The notes beneath the pieces were generated by a model that was not told where the DNA came from, ran no database searches, and saw nothing but the letters and a program-made list of their open reading frames with translations. Shown here in pieces: positions 1 to 13,349 of a DNA stretch of 64,000 nt; position 1 is the first letter of the stretch, and the number at the start of each line of letters is the position of its first letter. The DNA lies in contig NC_068982.1 in assembly GCF_001194135.2 (NCBI RefSeq), positions 144,469,490 to 144,533,489 on the forward strand. Direction: 5' to 3'. The stretch comes from Octopus bimaculoides (Eukaryota). Position numbers and translations under genes: made by a program.

Positions 1-135
1 AACTTAGCGGTTGGGCAGAAGAGACCGATAGAATAAGTACTAGGCTTACAAAGAATAAGTCCTGGGGTCGATTTGCTCGACTAAAGGCGGTGCTCCAGCA
101 TGGCCACATTCAAATGACTGAAACAGGTAAAAGAG
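1..135 (+). mobile_element. 3' part of abundant tRNA-SINE-like repeat (family A)
   Basis: AACTTAGCGGTT...GATAGAATAAGTACTAGGCTTACAAAGAATAAGTCCTGGGGTCGATTTG...GGTGCTCCAGCATGGCC...AATGACTGAAAC recurs in reverse at ~50150-50290 and ~51425-51670. Confidence 0.85.
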
Positions 136-3100
136 TAAATATAAAGTTTGCATGTCACATTTTTTTTTTTTTATCACCTACTACCAGCTTACAACATTTA
201 ATGTATCTGATTCTCACCAATCATGGAGAACCTAACTTCAACTTCATTCTTCCAGCTAACACATGCACCCTTATTTCCAACCAACTTTTTAGTTCTGAAA
301 GATTTTATCTCTCAGGGTTCACTTGCAGTTTCTTTCCAGATGTCGTAAGTTGTATATTAAAAATTTTTTTCTTTCTTTTTTCTTCTTTCGAGACATGTAT
401 TATGCAGTCATAATATAATCTAGCCATTGTACCAAATTTCTATCTCTCTACTGATTATGTCAAGCAGATAAAAATTTTCTTATTGAATCCAACAACTTAC
501 TAGTTTCAGAGAATAGTCTAATGATTCATGTTCTGTGTATCAGTGTATATATTCTACACAAAATTACACTACATTTCTATAATTACAATCTTCATAAGAA
601 TAATAATTTTAGTAGGAAGCATTGAAAAAGCATTAAGAGACTCAAGTGCGTTAAACAAATTAAGTTTATAACAGTCTCAGTCTAAAGTAGATGCAGTAAT
701 ATTGATTAGAGTGGATAAGATAAGCAAAAGAAATTTCCAGTGCTTCAATACTCTTTTTATGATCATATTTCTGTTGAAATGCAGTGTCCTTATGTTTCAA
801 TTAAAAATTCTGAAGAATTCAGAAAAATAACTGAATTTTTATTTTTCTCAACGTGGTGTCTGGAACAGGTCGTTAAATTTTGTTTACATAAAATTATGTT
901 GGAAGCTTTAAACTTAAATATAAACACTTATAAAACAGGCAAGTTTTGTATCATAGAATCAATGATAGCTACAAGTAGTTTCTTATCAAAAAGGTTTAAA
1001 CGAAGGAGGTCATTTTGCAACAAAACTACTTTTTCATCATCACCAATTTACATGAATTTTTCCATGCTAGTTTGAACTGGATAGACCTTCCAACATCTCA
1101 CCTTCAGAACAGTCCCTAGACATTCAGTATCTGGCACAGAACAGAGAAAAGCTAGTGCAGTCCATAGTTGTATAGCTCGTGTTATTTTAGGTGCAATTTT
1201 TATAACTGATTCCCTTTCCTATCACCCACTACCTTACAGCATACACAAGATGCATTTTATCATATCACTGGTACTAGACAGGTTGACAGGGTATCTGACA
1301 AGATTAAAGAGTTTCCTCTACTTATGTTATCGCAATTCAATTGTTTAATAGTTAAGTTAGTGTTAACATATTCAAGGCATGCAGCTTTAAAAGGCTAACT
1401 AGAAATAAATTTATGGTGAGAGAAAAAATAGCCAATTACTATTATTTTCATTTTTCTTAGCACAATTTCAAATGTGTTTTGGTCTTAATCTGGATCTTCT
1501 CAGCTAATCAATGTCTTTAGCATACTTTCTAAAGTAAGAAATTAATAAACCACTAATTAAATACATAAGATTGTACACATATTGGCCTATGAGATGTTTA
1601 GATATTTGAAGATTCAGAGATACCATCTACATGAAAAACAATTAGTTGGTTATCCAAATAATGTCCAAATTTCTGCCTAAAATTTCATGAATAAGCAAAT
1701 CCATATCAAAGTGAAACAAGAATTCAAGGAATGGTTACTCCTGTTACTAAAAGGTCTAATAGCATATTTAAAATTAATTTATTATATAATTAAAACTCAC
1801 TAAGTATTATAAATATCTTACAATATTTTTGTTTCATCACCCAATATTCCCAGTTCAAATCCTACCAATATCAACAAAAATAGGTACCAGTAATATACTG
1901 TTACCAATTCAATTAACTATCCAACTCTCTTACAAAAACTGGCCCTGTCTCAAGTAAACAATGAAGATAATGGTGACAACAGCAAGAATATATAAAGGCT
2001 ATTTTAAATACATCAAAACAAACAAAAAAGTCTTTCAAAATATATATTAGTGAATTTAGTGAAATAAAAAGGTTTGGATTTCTTCTCGTTTATAATAAAA
2101 ATGGATCACAGAATTCTCCCATACCAATATAATTTTAAAAAGAAATTATTTACTTTATATGCAAAATTGTAGGCAACAAGAGATTTTAACGAACAAATGT
2201 CAAATATAATTATCAAATATAAAACTGACAAAGATTATTTAACTGGTGCGAAATAGTTTTGGGACGAAACGACGATTGATAAGAAAACGAAAATAGTAAA
2301 ACATAACAAAGGTATGGGAGATAATTCTTGATAATAAAATAACACGCAGACATAAGAAACAATTTTAAGAAATACTAAATATATTCTATAAAAATATTAT
2401 AAACAGAAATCATAACAGATAATTGGTAATAAAAAGACATATACAGAGCTAACTCAATATAACAATTTCACGTTATAACAGACCCTGAATACACTTTATC
2501 ATAAATAAAAGTCTGCACGAGTCGTCAAAAAGTTATCTCCCCTATATCACACAATTTAGTTTCTCAAGATATATTCCTTAAAAATTGAAACTATCTTACA
2601 AAACAATTTTTTTTCAAAGAATTTTTTTATGGAGGAGGGTATCTATCTATCTATCTATGTATCTTATAATGGAGAAAGCTGCATATTAATTAGGTATGTA
2701 ACAGTTACTAAAAATCTATAATATAATGGAGAAAGGTGCTCATTAATTAGGTATGTAGTGACTAAAAGAAAGCAATTATTAAAGGCTTGACCATCTGGAA
2801 ATTTTTTTATAAATTAATGTTTCAAGAAATTTCCTATCATTTCGATTTCTGAAGTTTATTGAATATTTGAACTTCAGGTTATTCAGAAATTTACATATTT
2901 TTTGCATTTATTACAGAGTAGATTTAATAAACAATATAAATTTGTTGCAGGCGGAATTTTCCATTTTTTACTCGCATCAATCTCTCACTCTCTCTAGCCT
3001 CTATTTTCATTAATGATAATTTAATATATATTCATTTCAGTGTTTTCATTTCAAGTTTTAATTCGCTAATTGCAAAACCTATATTATTCTCTATATGTAA

Positions 3101-4235
3101 TCTGAAAAAAAAAAAGATTATTTATTGAATGAATACTATTAGACAAAATAGCTGTATAACTTTGAAGCTTCCATAATATAGTGTACCAGTATTATTTATC
3201 TTTTTTAAATTAAGAAGTGAGTTTGTTGGTATGACTGTCTGGAATGCTATAAGCCTTACAATAATAACTATGTGATCACTGCTATTTCTAGAAAGCTAAA
3301 CGTGCTAGGGTTACCTTGAAGTTTCTTTAAATTACAGATATATTACAACTACGATAAATTACCGAAAGAAATATTTACTAAGTAAGTGAGATTTTTTGCG
3401 GAGGGTGAAAGTGGTAACAAAAACAGGACAGTGAGAACAAAACAGTAAAAACAAATGGTGAGGGCTGTTAAGCCAAGACGATGTGAAGTGGCGTGCATGT
3501 ATGTATGTATGTATGTATACATGGATCCCATTATCACTTAACTGTAACAGGGTAACATTCAAGAAATATATTCATAAGTAAAACTACCTTCACCAATGAC
3601 AAATAGCCAAATATGTATAAGCAACTGGCTAAAATGATAAAGACATATATAAGAAATAACAAACTATATATAAACAAACAAATAAAAGCATAGCTTCTAA
3701 GAAGATAACCACAAAAGATTTAAAAATATAATTAAAAGATATGGTAATTTCTGAGGGGATTCTGTCTTGGCACCGTAAACTACCAAAACAAACATTAGTT
3801 CTCATTTCAGCACAGTGTTATCTCTTTTCTCATAATTGTTCAGGTGAGGTAGTGGTTTAAACAACTTGTCCAAGGTTTACATTATTATCAGTGATAGGAT
3901 ATCTGGAATCAGTCTATTTCTGAAGTTTACATTATATATATATCCAACAAATTATATCATACAAAGATCTTTATCAGTAACACATCATTAACTAAGCCAA
4001 ATAATGCCATCAAATTAGAGCAAGATACATTTTGAGAAAAAAAAACTGATCTAAAAGTTAATTTAAAAGGAACTGAAGTTTACTTAAAGATTGAGACAAT
4101 TGGGGTGAATTCATTTTAGAGACCTGTTGAATCTGTATTTTATATACACTTTGCATCCTAATGCATTAAGTTTCTTGCATGATTGATCTTTAGTCTGTGG
4201 ATTAACCCCCCCCCCCTCTCTCTCACAAACACACA

Positions 4236-4420
4236 CTCATCGTTTAACATCCACTCTCCATGCTAGCACAGGTTACACAGTTGACCAGAATCCAGAAAGT
4301 CAGAGGACTACATTGTGTTCCCATGCCTATTTGGGAAAGGTTTCTGCAGCTGAATGCCCTTCATATCACTAACAACTTCACAGGGTGTACTGGGCGCTTT
4401 TGTCATGACAACACCAATTG
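4236..4420 (-). mobile_element. Degenerate 3' end (UTR plus tail) of RTE-type LINE
   Basis: CATCGTTTAACATCCACTCTCCATGCTAGCAC... matches the GTTAAACGATGATG-tailed repeat that is contiguous with RTE coding sequence at 28755-29590. Confidence 0.7.
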
Positions 4421-4929
4421 TGAAGTTGCCTTACAACTTTCAGGTCAGAAATCAAAGAGGCTCTCATAACTGAAGGAAATCAGGAGGGAGATAGAGAGTG
4501 TAATGAGGTAGGGCCCAGGGCTATCCCACATTATAAAGGTAAATGTTAGCAAAAGGTGTGAGAGGAAAGGAATATGAAAGAGAAAAATAGAAGTGGTTGA
4601 CAAAGGTACACACAGACTTCCTCCCTATTCACCTTTTAGCAATGGAAACCCTTAAGTCCTTTAGTCTTTAAGTTCCAAGTCAATTCCATTAGTGCAGGTT
4701 CCACAAAAAAAACAAAAAACAATATACATTGTAAAGTGGTTGTTATTAGGAAGGTCATCCAGCCATAGAATCCATATCAATATAGAAACACTGAAACACA
4801 ATGCCTCTGAATCCTCAGCTTCTATCAATCAGTCCAGTCTATGGAAAATGAACAGAAAATAACACACCTGTTCCTGCAATGTCACTTTGATGGAAGGAGT
4901 GAGCTAATGTACAGCAGATACATTTGATC

Positions 4930-5170
4930 ATTATAAACAAACCACTTGTGCAATTTGTTCAGCAAGAAATTGCAGAATCATCTTTCTTGGACTACAAGAC
5001 ACTACCACCAATGCTACTATGTTATTGTTTTAGTGACCCAGCAAGGATATACAAGATCTGGCAATGCCACCATGCATATTCTGATTTACAGGCTGCCAGA
5101 ATATGCTTTAACGATGCTTAATTTCTACACACCCTAACGACTACAAAGATTTTCCTGCCCCAATATAGGA
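4930..5170 (-). mobile_element. Degenerate RLE-class non-LTR retrotransposon fragment (Hero/NeSL-like zinc knuckle)
   Basis: Minus strand reads VCRN*ASLKHILAACKSEYAWWHCQILYILA, resembling the CxxC...LxHILxxC...YxWRHxxVL..LA knuckle of RLE-clade elements. Contains an in-frame stop. Confidence 0.5.
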
Positions 5171-5769
5171 TTTTTTTTCGCTTTCTTCAAACCACTTGAA
5201 GGTTTATCATGCTCCAGTCCACTCAGCTGGCCAAAATGAGTTGTAGCTGTAATTCAAAGGGGCCAGCCTTGTCATATTCTGTGTGAGGCTGATCACCCTG
5301 AGGACTATGTTAATGATATGCATGTCTGTGGAGTACTCAGCCACTTGCAAGTTGATTTTATCCTCGTGTGGTAATGAAACGTGAAAGTGACATCCAATAT
5401 TTGCTGTGTCTATGTATCTATGTATTAAATTTTCTTTGGATCTATGTATCTACTGTCTCTCTCACTTTCTCTCTTTCTCTTCCTCTCTGTCCCTCCCCTC
5501 TCCCACTTTCAATTTAACAATGTGTGTATGTATCTACTTTTCTTGCAACGTGATAAACATTTAAAAACACAAAACAAATGCCATCACCACTCTCACACAC
5601 ACTCTCTCTCTCTCTCTCTCTCTCTTACTTCCTCTCTGAAACATTTAAAAACACAAAACGACTGTCTCTTTCACTCTCTCTCTTACTTTCTCTCTATCCT
5701 GCCACTCACTGCTTTGAAGTAAGTGTGACACACATGACAGGTACATACAAAAAGAACAAATTGGCATAN

Positions 5770-5962
5770 NNNNNNNNNACTGCCTTGAAGGATTTTAGTT
5801 GAACAAATCAACCCAAGTACTTATATCTTTTTGAAGCCTGGTACTTATTCTATCAGTCTCTTTTACCAAACCACTAAGTTATAGGTACATAAGCACACCA
5901 ACACTGGTTGTCAAGCAGTGGGGGGGGGGGGAACAAAACTGACACACAGACATACACAAAGA

Positions 5963-5993
<31 letters not shown>

Positions 5994-6160
5994 TTACGTG
6001 TGTGTGTGCACGTGATGGACTTCTTTCACTTTCTGTCTACAGAGTTCACTCACAAGGCTTTGTGACAATAGTGGAAGATACTTGCCCAAGGTGCCACGCA
6101 GTGGGACTGAGCCCAGAAGCATGTGATCAGGAAGCAAACTTCATACTGCACAGCCACACT
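5770..6160 (-). mobile_element. SINE family A with internal (GT)n
   Basis: CTCACAAGGCTTTG...GAAGATACTTGCCCAAGGTGCCACGCAGTGGGACTGA head region in reverse, as in the copies at 50145 and 51420. Confidence 0.8.
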
Positions 6161-7367
6161 CCCCCCCCCCACACACACACACATATATATATATATAAAG
6201 AGAGGGGGGGTAAGAAAAGTACATAACATGCTGTTGAGCAAAAAAATTCCATATCAAAAATATTTCTAGTCTTGCCTTAAAACAATTTGGAGTTCATTAC
6301 CCTAAGATCCCAATATTTGACCTAATTGCATTTCACTCAACTTTGGCAAGGTAGGAATCACATGTAACCTCTCAGTCAAAATGCTCATATATCAAAATAT
6401 AGTGTAGTAAGAAAATTACAAGAACTATAATTTTATATAAGAAACTATTTCTAGCTCTATTTGAAAGCAACGTTGTTTTTTTTTTAAGTACACCTGGAGA
6501 GAGAATGCAGGTTTAATGATTGAAGAATTGATAATTTGAGATGGAACTGGAAATACTGTAATAACGATACTAGTAAATACATTTGATATCAAGCTCTAAT
6601 CTATAACTGATATCCACAAAAAGTATTTAAGAAACTGATAGTATAGTTAAGAGCTAGGTAGAGGAATAATGCTAAATGTTAGGTTTTACTCGATTAAAAT
6701 TATTGATTCTACTTGTACAGTCTAGTTCACTGATGTTATCACAGATGTTCCACATTTGCTAGGTCTAACTAGCCATTAATCAGTAATAAATATCGAGCAT
6801 TTTCATACAGTAGTTAATACTTTAAACAACATGGTTACATTTGAAAACATTTTAGTGCACAAATAACAAACTATTATGTTTATTATTTCTTTCACTCTTT
6901 CTACCAAAATAAGAAATTCATCTAATTTTGTACCTTATTAGTAGTGAGGGGGTAGATAAAAACGCATTTATGTCCAAGTTCTACTCAAATCATCATTTAA
7001 TTTATGTAGCACCAATAATAACCCATCATTTGGCAATGTCTAAAAATACACAGCTAAACCATTCCGAGTAGAAGCAAATAGGGTAGGCAATAACAGTAAA
7101 TAACTCCTTCTTAAAAAGGTTAGAATAATTATGGTTGTCAAAGTCTGTTGCAGGTTTAGATTTCACTGGCCTCATTACAATAACAGTTTTCCAGACAGAA
7201 CTAGGTGCTCCACAATAACAAATCCAGAATTACAAACTGATGTATCCGATAACACAGAGATGGTTGTTGCCAGGAAGTGAAAATAACAGTGAACTTACTA
7301 TACACACACACACACACACAAACAAACACACACACACACACACACACACACANNNNNNNNNNACAAA

Positions 7368-7412
<45 letters not shown>

Positions 7413-7784
7413 GCATGCGGAAGAGAAAGATCAAGGAAGATCTGGAAAGATGACACTAGACTGAGAGGAGTGTCAATATGCCAAACTGCAGACTCTTTAA
7501 ACCATATAAGTATGGAAAAAATATTAAAATGTTGATTAGATGTTCCTTCATCCAATAAGACATAACGAGGTGGAGAGCAGAGTCAGTATCTGTTTATGTT
7601 CCTTTACATTAAGAGTTCAAACCCTATCCAGGTCAACTTTGTCTTTCAGCCTTCTAAGACTGATAAAATTTGGGAGGTGGTAGTGGGAGGTATCAGTATA
7701 ATCAACTCTGATGGTGAAAGTAGTCCCCACCCCACCAGTAAAAAGCCTGAAACCAATTAAGAAATACACATTTGAAGTAAATTC

Positions 7785-8092
7785 ATCATCGTCATCGTTG
7801 TTTAACGTCCGCTTTCCATGCTAGCATGGGTTGGACGATTTGACTGAGGACTGGCGAACCAGAAGGGTGCACCAGACTCCAATCTGATTTGGCAGAGTTT
7901 CTACAGCTGGATGCCCTTCCTAACGCCAACCACTCCGGGAGTGTAGTGGATGCTTTTACGTGCCACCGGCACGAGGGCCAGTCAGCCGGGTACTGGCAAC
8001 GGCCATGCTCAAAATGGTGTATTTTACGTGCCACCTGCACAGGGCCAGTCCAGGGGCACTGGCAACGATCTCGCTCGGATGTCTTACTGGCA
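7785..8092 (-). mobile_element. RTE LINE 3' end (5'-truncated copy)
   Basis: (CAT)n tail, TTTAACGTCCGCTTTCCATGCTAGCATGGGTTGGACG... and repeated TTTTACGTGCCACC units. Confidence 0.85.
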
Positions 8093-8946
8093 AAGGCCAC
8101 AAAAACTTGAGTTTCATTTTGTCATCTTGATTGTATCTGTTGCTGCTTTTCTTCAAATAATATTGCTACAGAGAAAATATATTCCCATGTATTACCCTTA
8201 CTGTAATTTGAACCGGTTTGCTGTGAGAAAATAACTAAATCGAATGTTATTCAACATTGTGTGGAGTAATGTAAGCTACTAACTAGGCAATGTGTCTGAA
8301 AGTGATTTAATATACGAGAAAATTTTCTATAAAAAAAAAAAAGAAACAAAAGGAAGCAAAAGCAATGAATTCTTTAAATTTATTCAACAAGAAAAACAAA
8401 TAAAAAATTATTTTTAAAAACAGCAATACATATTAATAACCTCCCATTCCTGTAGAACAATTTTAAGAATCTCGAATATATTATGGTGCAAAATTCTGAA
8501 ACAAACTTAACAGTGCAACATAAAAAAAAAATAGAAAACTAAAAATTTCATCAGGTTCTTGAAGTATTTTAAAAATTTATCAAAAATAAATTTACAAAAA
8601 AAAATTTAAATACCATGTTTTTGATTTAAAAAAAGTATAACGATTAAAAAAACTAAACAAAATATAAATAAACAAAAACCAAAACATACAGGAACAGTAG
8701 GGGTGTATATGCAAACACACACAATACATATTTGCATTCAAAACTGATATTTGACTCCACTGCTACCATGAGTTTCTTGCTTGTATTTCTTTTATTCAAG
8801 AGACAAAAGAGTAACAACAGAATGAATAAATTATACTTTACATATATTAGAGTACCTTCTCCCTTGATGGTACAGTAATTACTTATAGCTAGCAAATTGT
8901 GAGAGTACCAGCCAAGTAATAGTTAATAAAAGTACTGTCATCAAGA

Positions 8947-9033
8947 AGAGTCACATTAAGGGGAAATGCTTCATGTGTTATTGCAGAGCCACATCAAGGG
9001 GAAATGCTTCATGTGTTATTGCAGAGTCACATC
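8947..9033. repeat. 38-bp tandem duplication (~2.3 copies)
   Basis: AGAGTCACATTAAGGGGAAATGCTTCATGTGTTATTGC at 8947, near-identical copy at 8985, partial third at 9023. Confidence 0.9.
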
Positions 9034-9699
9034 TCTTATTGTGATATGACTCTAGAGTAGCAAATGAAGAATTACCCATCTAGGGTTTAGATACTCTAAA
9101 TAAACCCATCAGTCTACTGTAAACATACCTCTTTACCACCACTCTCCAAGCAGCCTTGTTAAACAGCATTATGCAGAGCCAGGACACTTCAGCCACAGTG
9201 AAGACAACTTGCTTAAGATGTTAGATTCTCCAAATAAACCCAACCACATGGAAAAAGATCTCTGAACCATGATGCACAAATGAAGTGTGAAGCAATCTGG
9301 CTAGGAGAGTAGTAGGCTATAACTCTGAATAAAAAAAAAACTGATACAGTAGAGAGTGGACACATCAATCTTAAGAGACAGACTCTTTAGTGCTGACAGA
9401 ATACTAAATGCACCCAGTGCTATAAAATTGTTGTGACAGGAAAGCATCCAACCATAAGAAAACTCATGACAGTCACAAATTCAGTTAAAAATCCTAATTG
9501 CGTATACAGGATTAAAACCTTCATAGAGCTGTACATAGTAAGGAGATAGCTAGTTGTTAGCAATCCTCAACCTTCATCAAATAATTTCTCCAACCCTTTT
9601 TTTTTTTAAATACAAGAAGCTTCTCACTCAAGACCACCAGTGAAACCTCTTCTTTTCAAGCACAAAAATTGTGGACTACTACTATTAACATTGACATGA

Positions 9700-11045
9700 C
9701 AAAAAGTAGATCTGCAGAGATTGCAGATACTAGCATATTGTATGCAAAGGTGACATGGAGTGGAGACATAACTAGACTTCTCTCAGGCAAGAAACCAAGT
9801 TACAAATTCTTTGAGATCATTAACAGATTTGGAAAGCATAAGTACCTGAAGCAGAAAAATGTGAAGGTAGAGTAATTGAAGTGGTTAGTATATTTGACAC
9901 AATAAGTTTAGTCTAGTCATTGGTAAAATAACTGCAACAGTGATTTCTGCATATGTGTCACGGACAGGTCTCAGAGATGAACTAAAGATCTTTCTGTGAG
10001 GTTCTCTTGCAGGTTGTCTCAATAACGGATGGCACTAACCTTATCAATTGGAATTCCAATGGACATACTGAGCAAAATCTTCTGATGTTTACATAAAAGC
10101 TATGGTACAAAATACGAAGAGGAATCAAAGCTCCAAGAGTTCTGTGATGACACTGATCAAACCATTTGCAACACAAATTGTGTAAGTACCAGGAAGGGTT
10201 ATAGCACAACTAATAAGGAAGAGAATTAGCTTAAACAAGATGCACTTCAGATTTGTACCAGGCTGAGTATCATCAGCTCTCAACCACCCCACTGCTAATG
10301 AAACAAGTATAGGTGCAATTGTTAGCTAACAGCACACTACTGTATTTGTTGACCTGGAGAAGGCCTCTGATAGAATGTCATGCGTTGTAGCCAGGTAGTT
10401 ACTTAGAAAGCTAGGTGTAGCTGAACAGCTTGTGAGATCTATGCAAGCCATATACAGAGAAGCTGTCAGCAAGTTGAGAGTAATGAGTTCTGCAAGGAAT
10501 TTAGCATTGACAGCTAAAGTGACAGCTTCTGTTTCCTAAGTGACCTAGTAGAAATGGGTGTTCTGAAACCATAGTATACAGGGTGGAAAAATACTCTGAA
10601 GTATTACCTCAGCTGGCAACAAAGGAATAATCTCTACAAGAGCATATGATATAAAGCTCGTGTACAAAATGCATTTTGTATGATAGCAAAGCATGAACAA
10701 TGGACATCAAATGCAAAGAATAAATCAAGTATACACTGATGGGTGTGTAATATTAGCGTGCATGAAACACAAAAACAACACTAATTTAGCTGCAGCAAAA
10801 AGTTGGGTTTAAGAGCAATCAAGTGTAATGTGCAGGAGAGAAGACTGCAGTGGTGCAACATTTGCTGTATATGGAAGATGTGCTAGTTGGGTCAAAAAGT
10901 ACCAAGTGATTCATGTGGAAGTCAGTAGAAGACAAGGAAAGAAGGAGTGAAGAAGGATCTTAAGAGGCTGAAACGCACTAAGAGACTGCAACAAGTGACA
11001 AGATGCCATACTAGGGAACACCTGCCCAAACCATGTGCAATAAAC
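9700..11045 (+). mobile_element. Degenerate, internally deleted RTE LINE (APE endonuclease, RT and C-terminal remnants)
   Basis: GDITRLLSGKKPSYKFF (endonuclease-like) at ~9760-9815; TTTGTTGACCTGGAGAAGGCC = FVDLEKA at ~10347; GLRAIKCNVQERRLQW at ~10805-10855, homologous to 29129-29581. Confidence 0.8.
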
Positions 11046-11129
11046 TGTTAATATATGATCACTACACACTTATAGCTACACAGAACAAAACAGTTATTTC
11101 ACAAACTGACCATAGCAACTATATATGTG

Positions 11130-11287
11130 TTTGTGTGTGTGTATGCATAGTTGTGAGGTAAAGTACACGTTGTGACCAAGTGGTTTCAGATTTGATCCTA
11201 CTGCATAGCACCTTCAATAAAAGTCCGCAGGTTGACCACCTTGTGAGTGAAATTTGGTAGATGTAAACTATATGGAATCCCATATAA

Positions 11288-11360
<73 letters not shown>

Positions 11361-11370
11361 CGTGCGTGTG
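11130..11370 (+). mobile_element. SINE family A 5' half ending in a long (GT)n tract
   Basis: TTGTGAGTGAAATTTGGTAGATGTAAACT followed by (TG)n. Confidence 0.7.
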
Positions 11371-12211
11371 TGTGTGTGTGTGTGTCTCTCTCTTCACATT
11401 GACATTGCTTGGGTTATGGTGACACTTGTTTGTGCTCCTCATAATCAAAATGGCCCTCGGTTCAGCAGCATGCAAAGATCATTGGACTAGAGTATCTAGC
11501 TTGAAACCAAGTACAGGTAGCCATAATCAGAATGATGGTATTGGTATATGTGATAAATATACACATTATCATCATTTTATGTCCACTCTCCTTGGTGGTA
11601 TTGTGTTGGTTGGGTTGCTACAGTTTGATTTGAAACATACTCAGGGGTGCTGGCCTTAGGCAAGTCAGTGACCCACATCCCACCCATGAGATTCGTATTT
11701 GGCTTGGTTTCTATGACTTGATGCTATTTCTAATGCACTGGTCACTTTTTTCTGACACCATAACTAAGGAGGTGCTGTATCCTTGACAAGATTAAAGGGC
11801 CCTCTCAAACTTACATTTTACAGAAAGTACTGGGTGCATTTTCTTGCGGCATCAGTACTAAAGAGGTATTTATGTCCCTGGAACAACTAAAGGGACATCT
11901 TAACCTTACAGCTGTTTACACAACCTCTTTATAGAGCAACAGGCACAAAGGATAAGATAAAGATACACTATCCACATCAAAATTTTCATATATTATGTTT
12001 TTGTCTATTTTTCAGTTTGCTTTTGTGAAATATTCGTTGTTATGTTTTTGTCAAATTTTTCTATTCAACCCTTGAAATATATATATATATATATGCGGAT
12101 AAGAAAGCCTTCTTTTTTCTGTCGAGGGCTTATATGCCCCTTTATTAGACTATTTTCCTTAGTCATTGCATGATCACCATAACCTTTAAGCTTATATAAA
12201 AATACCATTAT

Positions 12212-12274
<63 letters not shown>

Positions 12275-13349
12275 AACATTATATAATGTGTGTATGATAA
12301 ATACACTCACACATGCATGATAAACTGTGTAACACAGCAACATATTTTTTATGAGATCCCAGCTCATTTAATAAATATTCTCCTAACATTCATTGAGACA
12401 AACAATGAAACAAACATTGAAAGAATATATACATATGTAAAGAAAACACAAAAAAGTGGCTAAGATTAGAATTGAAATAAGTATATAAAAAAAAGCAATA
12501 CAAGGTGCAGCTTCAGGCATTCAAGTAAGTTGACAATCCTTTAGCTAGGGCTTTTACACAATCATGCCATGTTGAGAATGTGTGTCTTTCATAAAACGTT
12601 GACATCACTGTAAGAATTTCAGATTCAGTGTGTATAACCTAGTTTAGCTTGCAGAAATGACTCAGATCTTAATCGCATTGACTTAAGGTTGATAAATAGA
12701 AACGAATATGTTTTGAGTATTGAGAAAGAGAGGGGGAGGTAGGAGACAAATATAAAAGATTAAGCATTTAATAGGAAAATCTGTGTGAAAGAGTGTAAGT
12801 GAGAGTGTGTGTGTGTGCATCTGTGTGTGTGTGTGTCTGCGCACATGTACATATCTAATACATGTATATATACATATTCCAATATGTTTTACAAAGATTT
12901 GAATGCATTGAATGGTCGAGAAGAGAGCATCATAATCACAAGGACTAGGTCTCAGTCCCACTATGTGACATCTTTAACCGTAGCTTCAGTAGCCAAATTG
13001 TGCTTATAATCTAAAGGTCCAGCTTTGTCACACTGTGCTCCATAATGATTTCAACAATTAAGTTATGGTTACACTGATTGGGAATATAAGTTATGGAATA
13101 CTCTGTCCATGGAATACTCTGCCACTTAAATAGTAAATAGCTTAGTTAATTGAACAACTTATTCATGAAACAAAAGAATATCTACTATATTTATTCATAT
13201 ATATCCACATGAAAGAGGCAATGTATAAAACATAAAAAAATATATCAATGGTAATTAAGAGTTTAATTATTATTTACATCCATGGTAATTAAGAGCTCAA
13301 TAATTATTAACTGACTGACTGACATACATATATATGTATATCTGGTCTG

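Noticed and set aside
218-294. AG/GT-bounded minus-strand segment reading TKKLVGNKGACVSWKNEVEVRFSMI (GNKGA recalls inositol 5-phosphatases)
   Set aside because: Following residues do not fit the 5-phosphatase motif, the acceptor is weak, and no compatible neighbouring exon was identified.
3030-3101. Strong minus-strand acceptor followed by LHIENNIGFAISELKLEMKTLK*
   Set aside because: Lies in the probable repeat block 2130-3310; the pyrimidine tract is a poly-A run on the plus strand.
7792-8234. Recurrent ORFs such as MAEFLQLDALPNANHS (also 19517, 22199, 37330, 62049)
   Set aside because: Chance frames in the RTE 3' UTR repeat, not a gene family.
12510-12640. Protein-like minus-strand frame VIHTESEILTVMSTFYERHTFSTWHDCVKALAKGLSTYLNA*
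   Set aside because: Weak acceptors and no recognisable homology; cannot be linked to the other exons.
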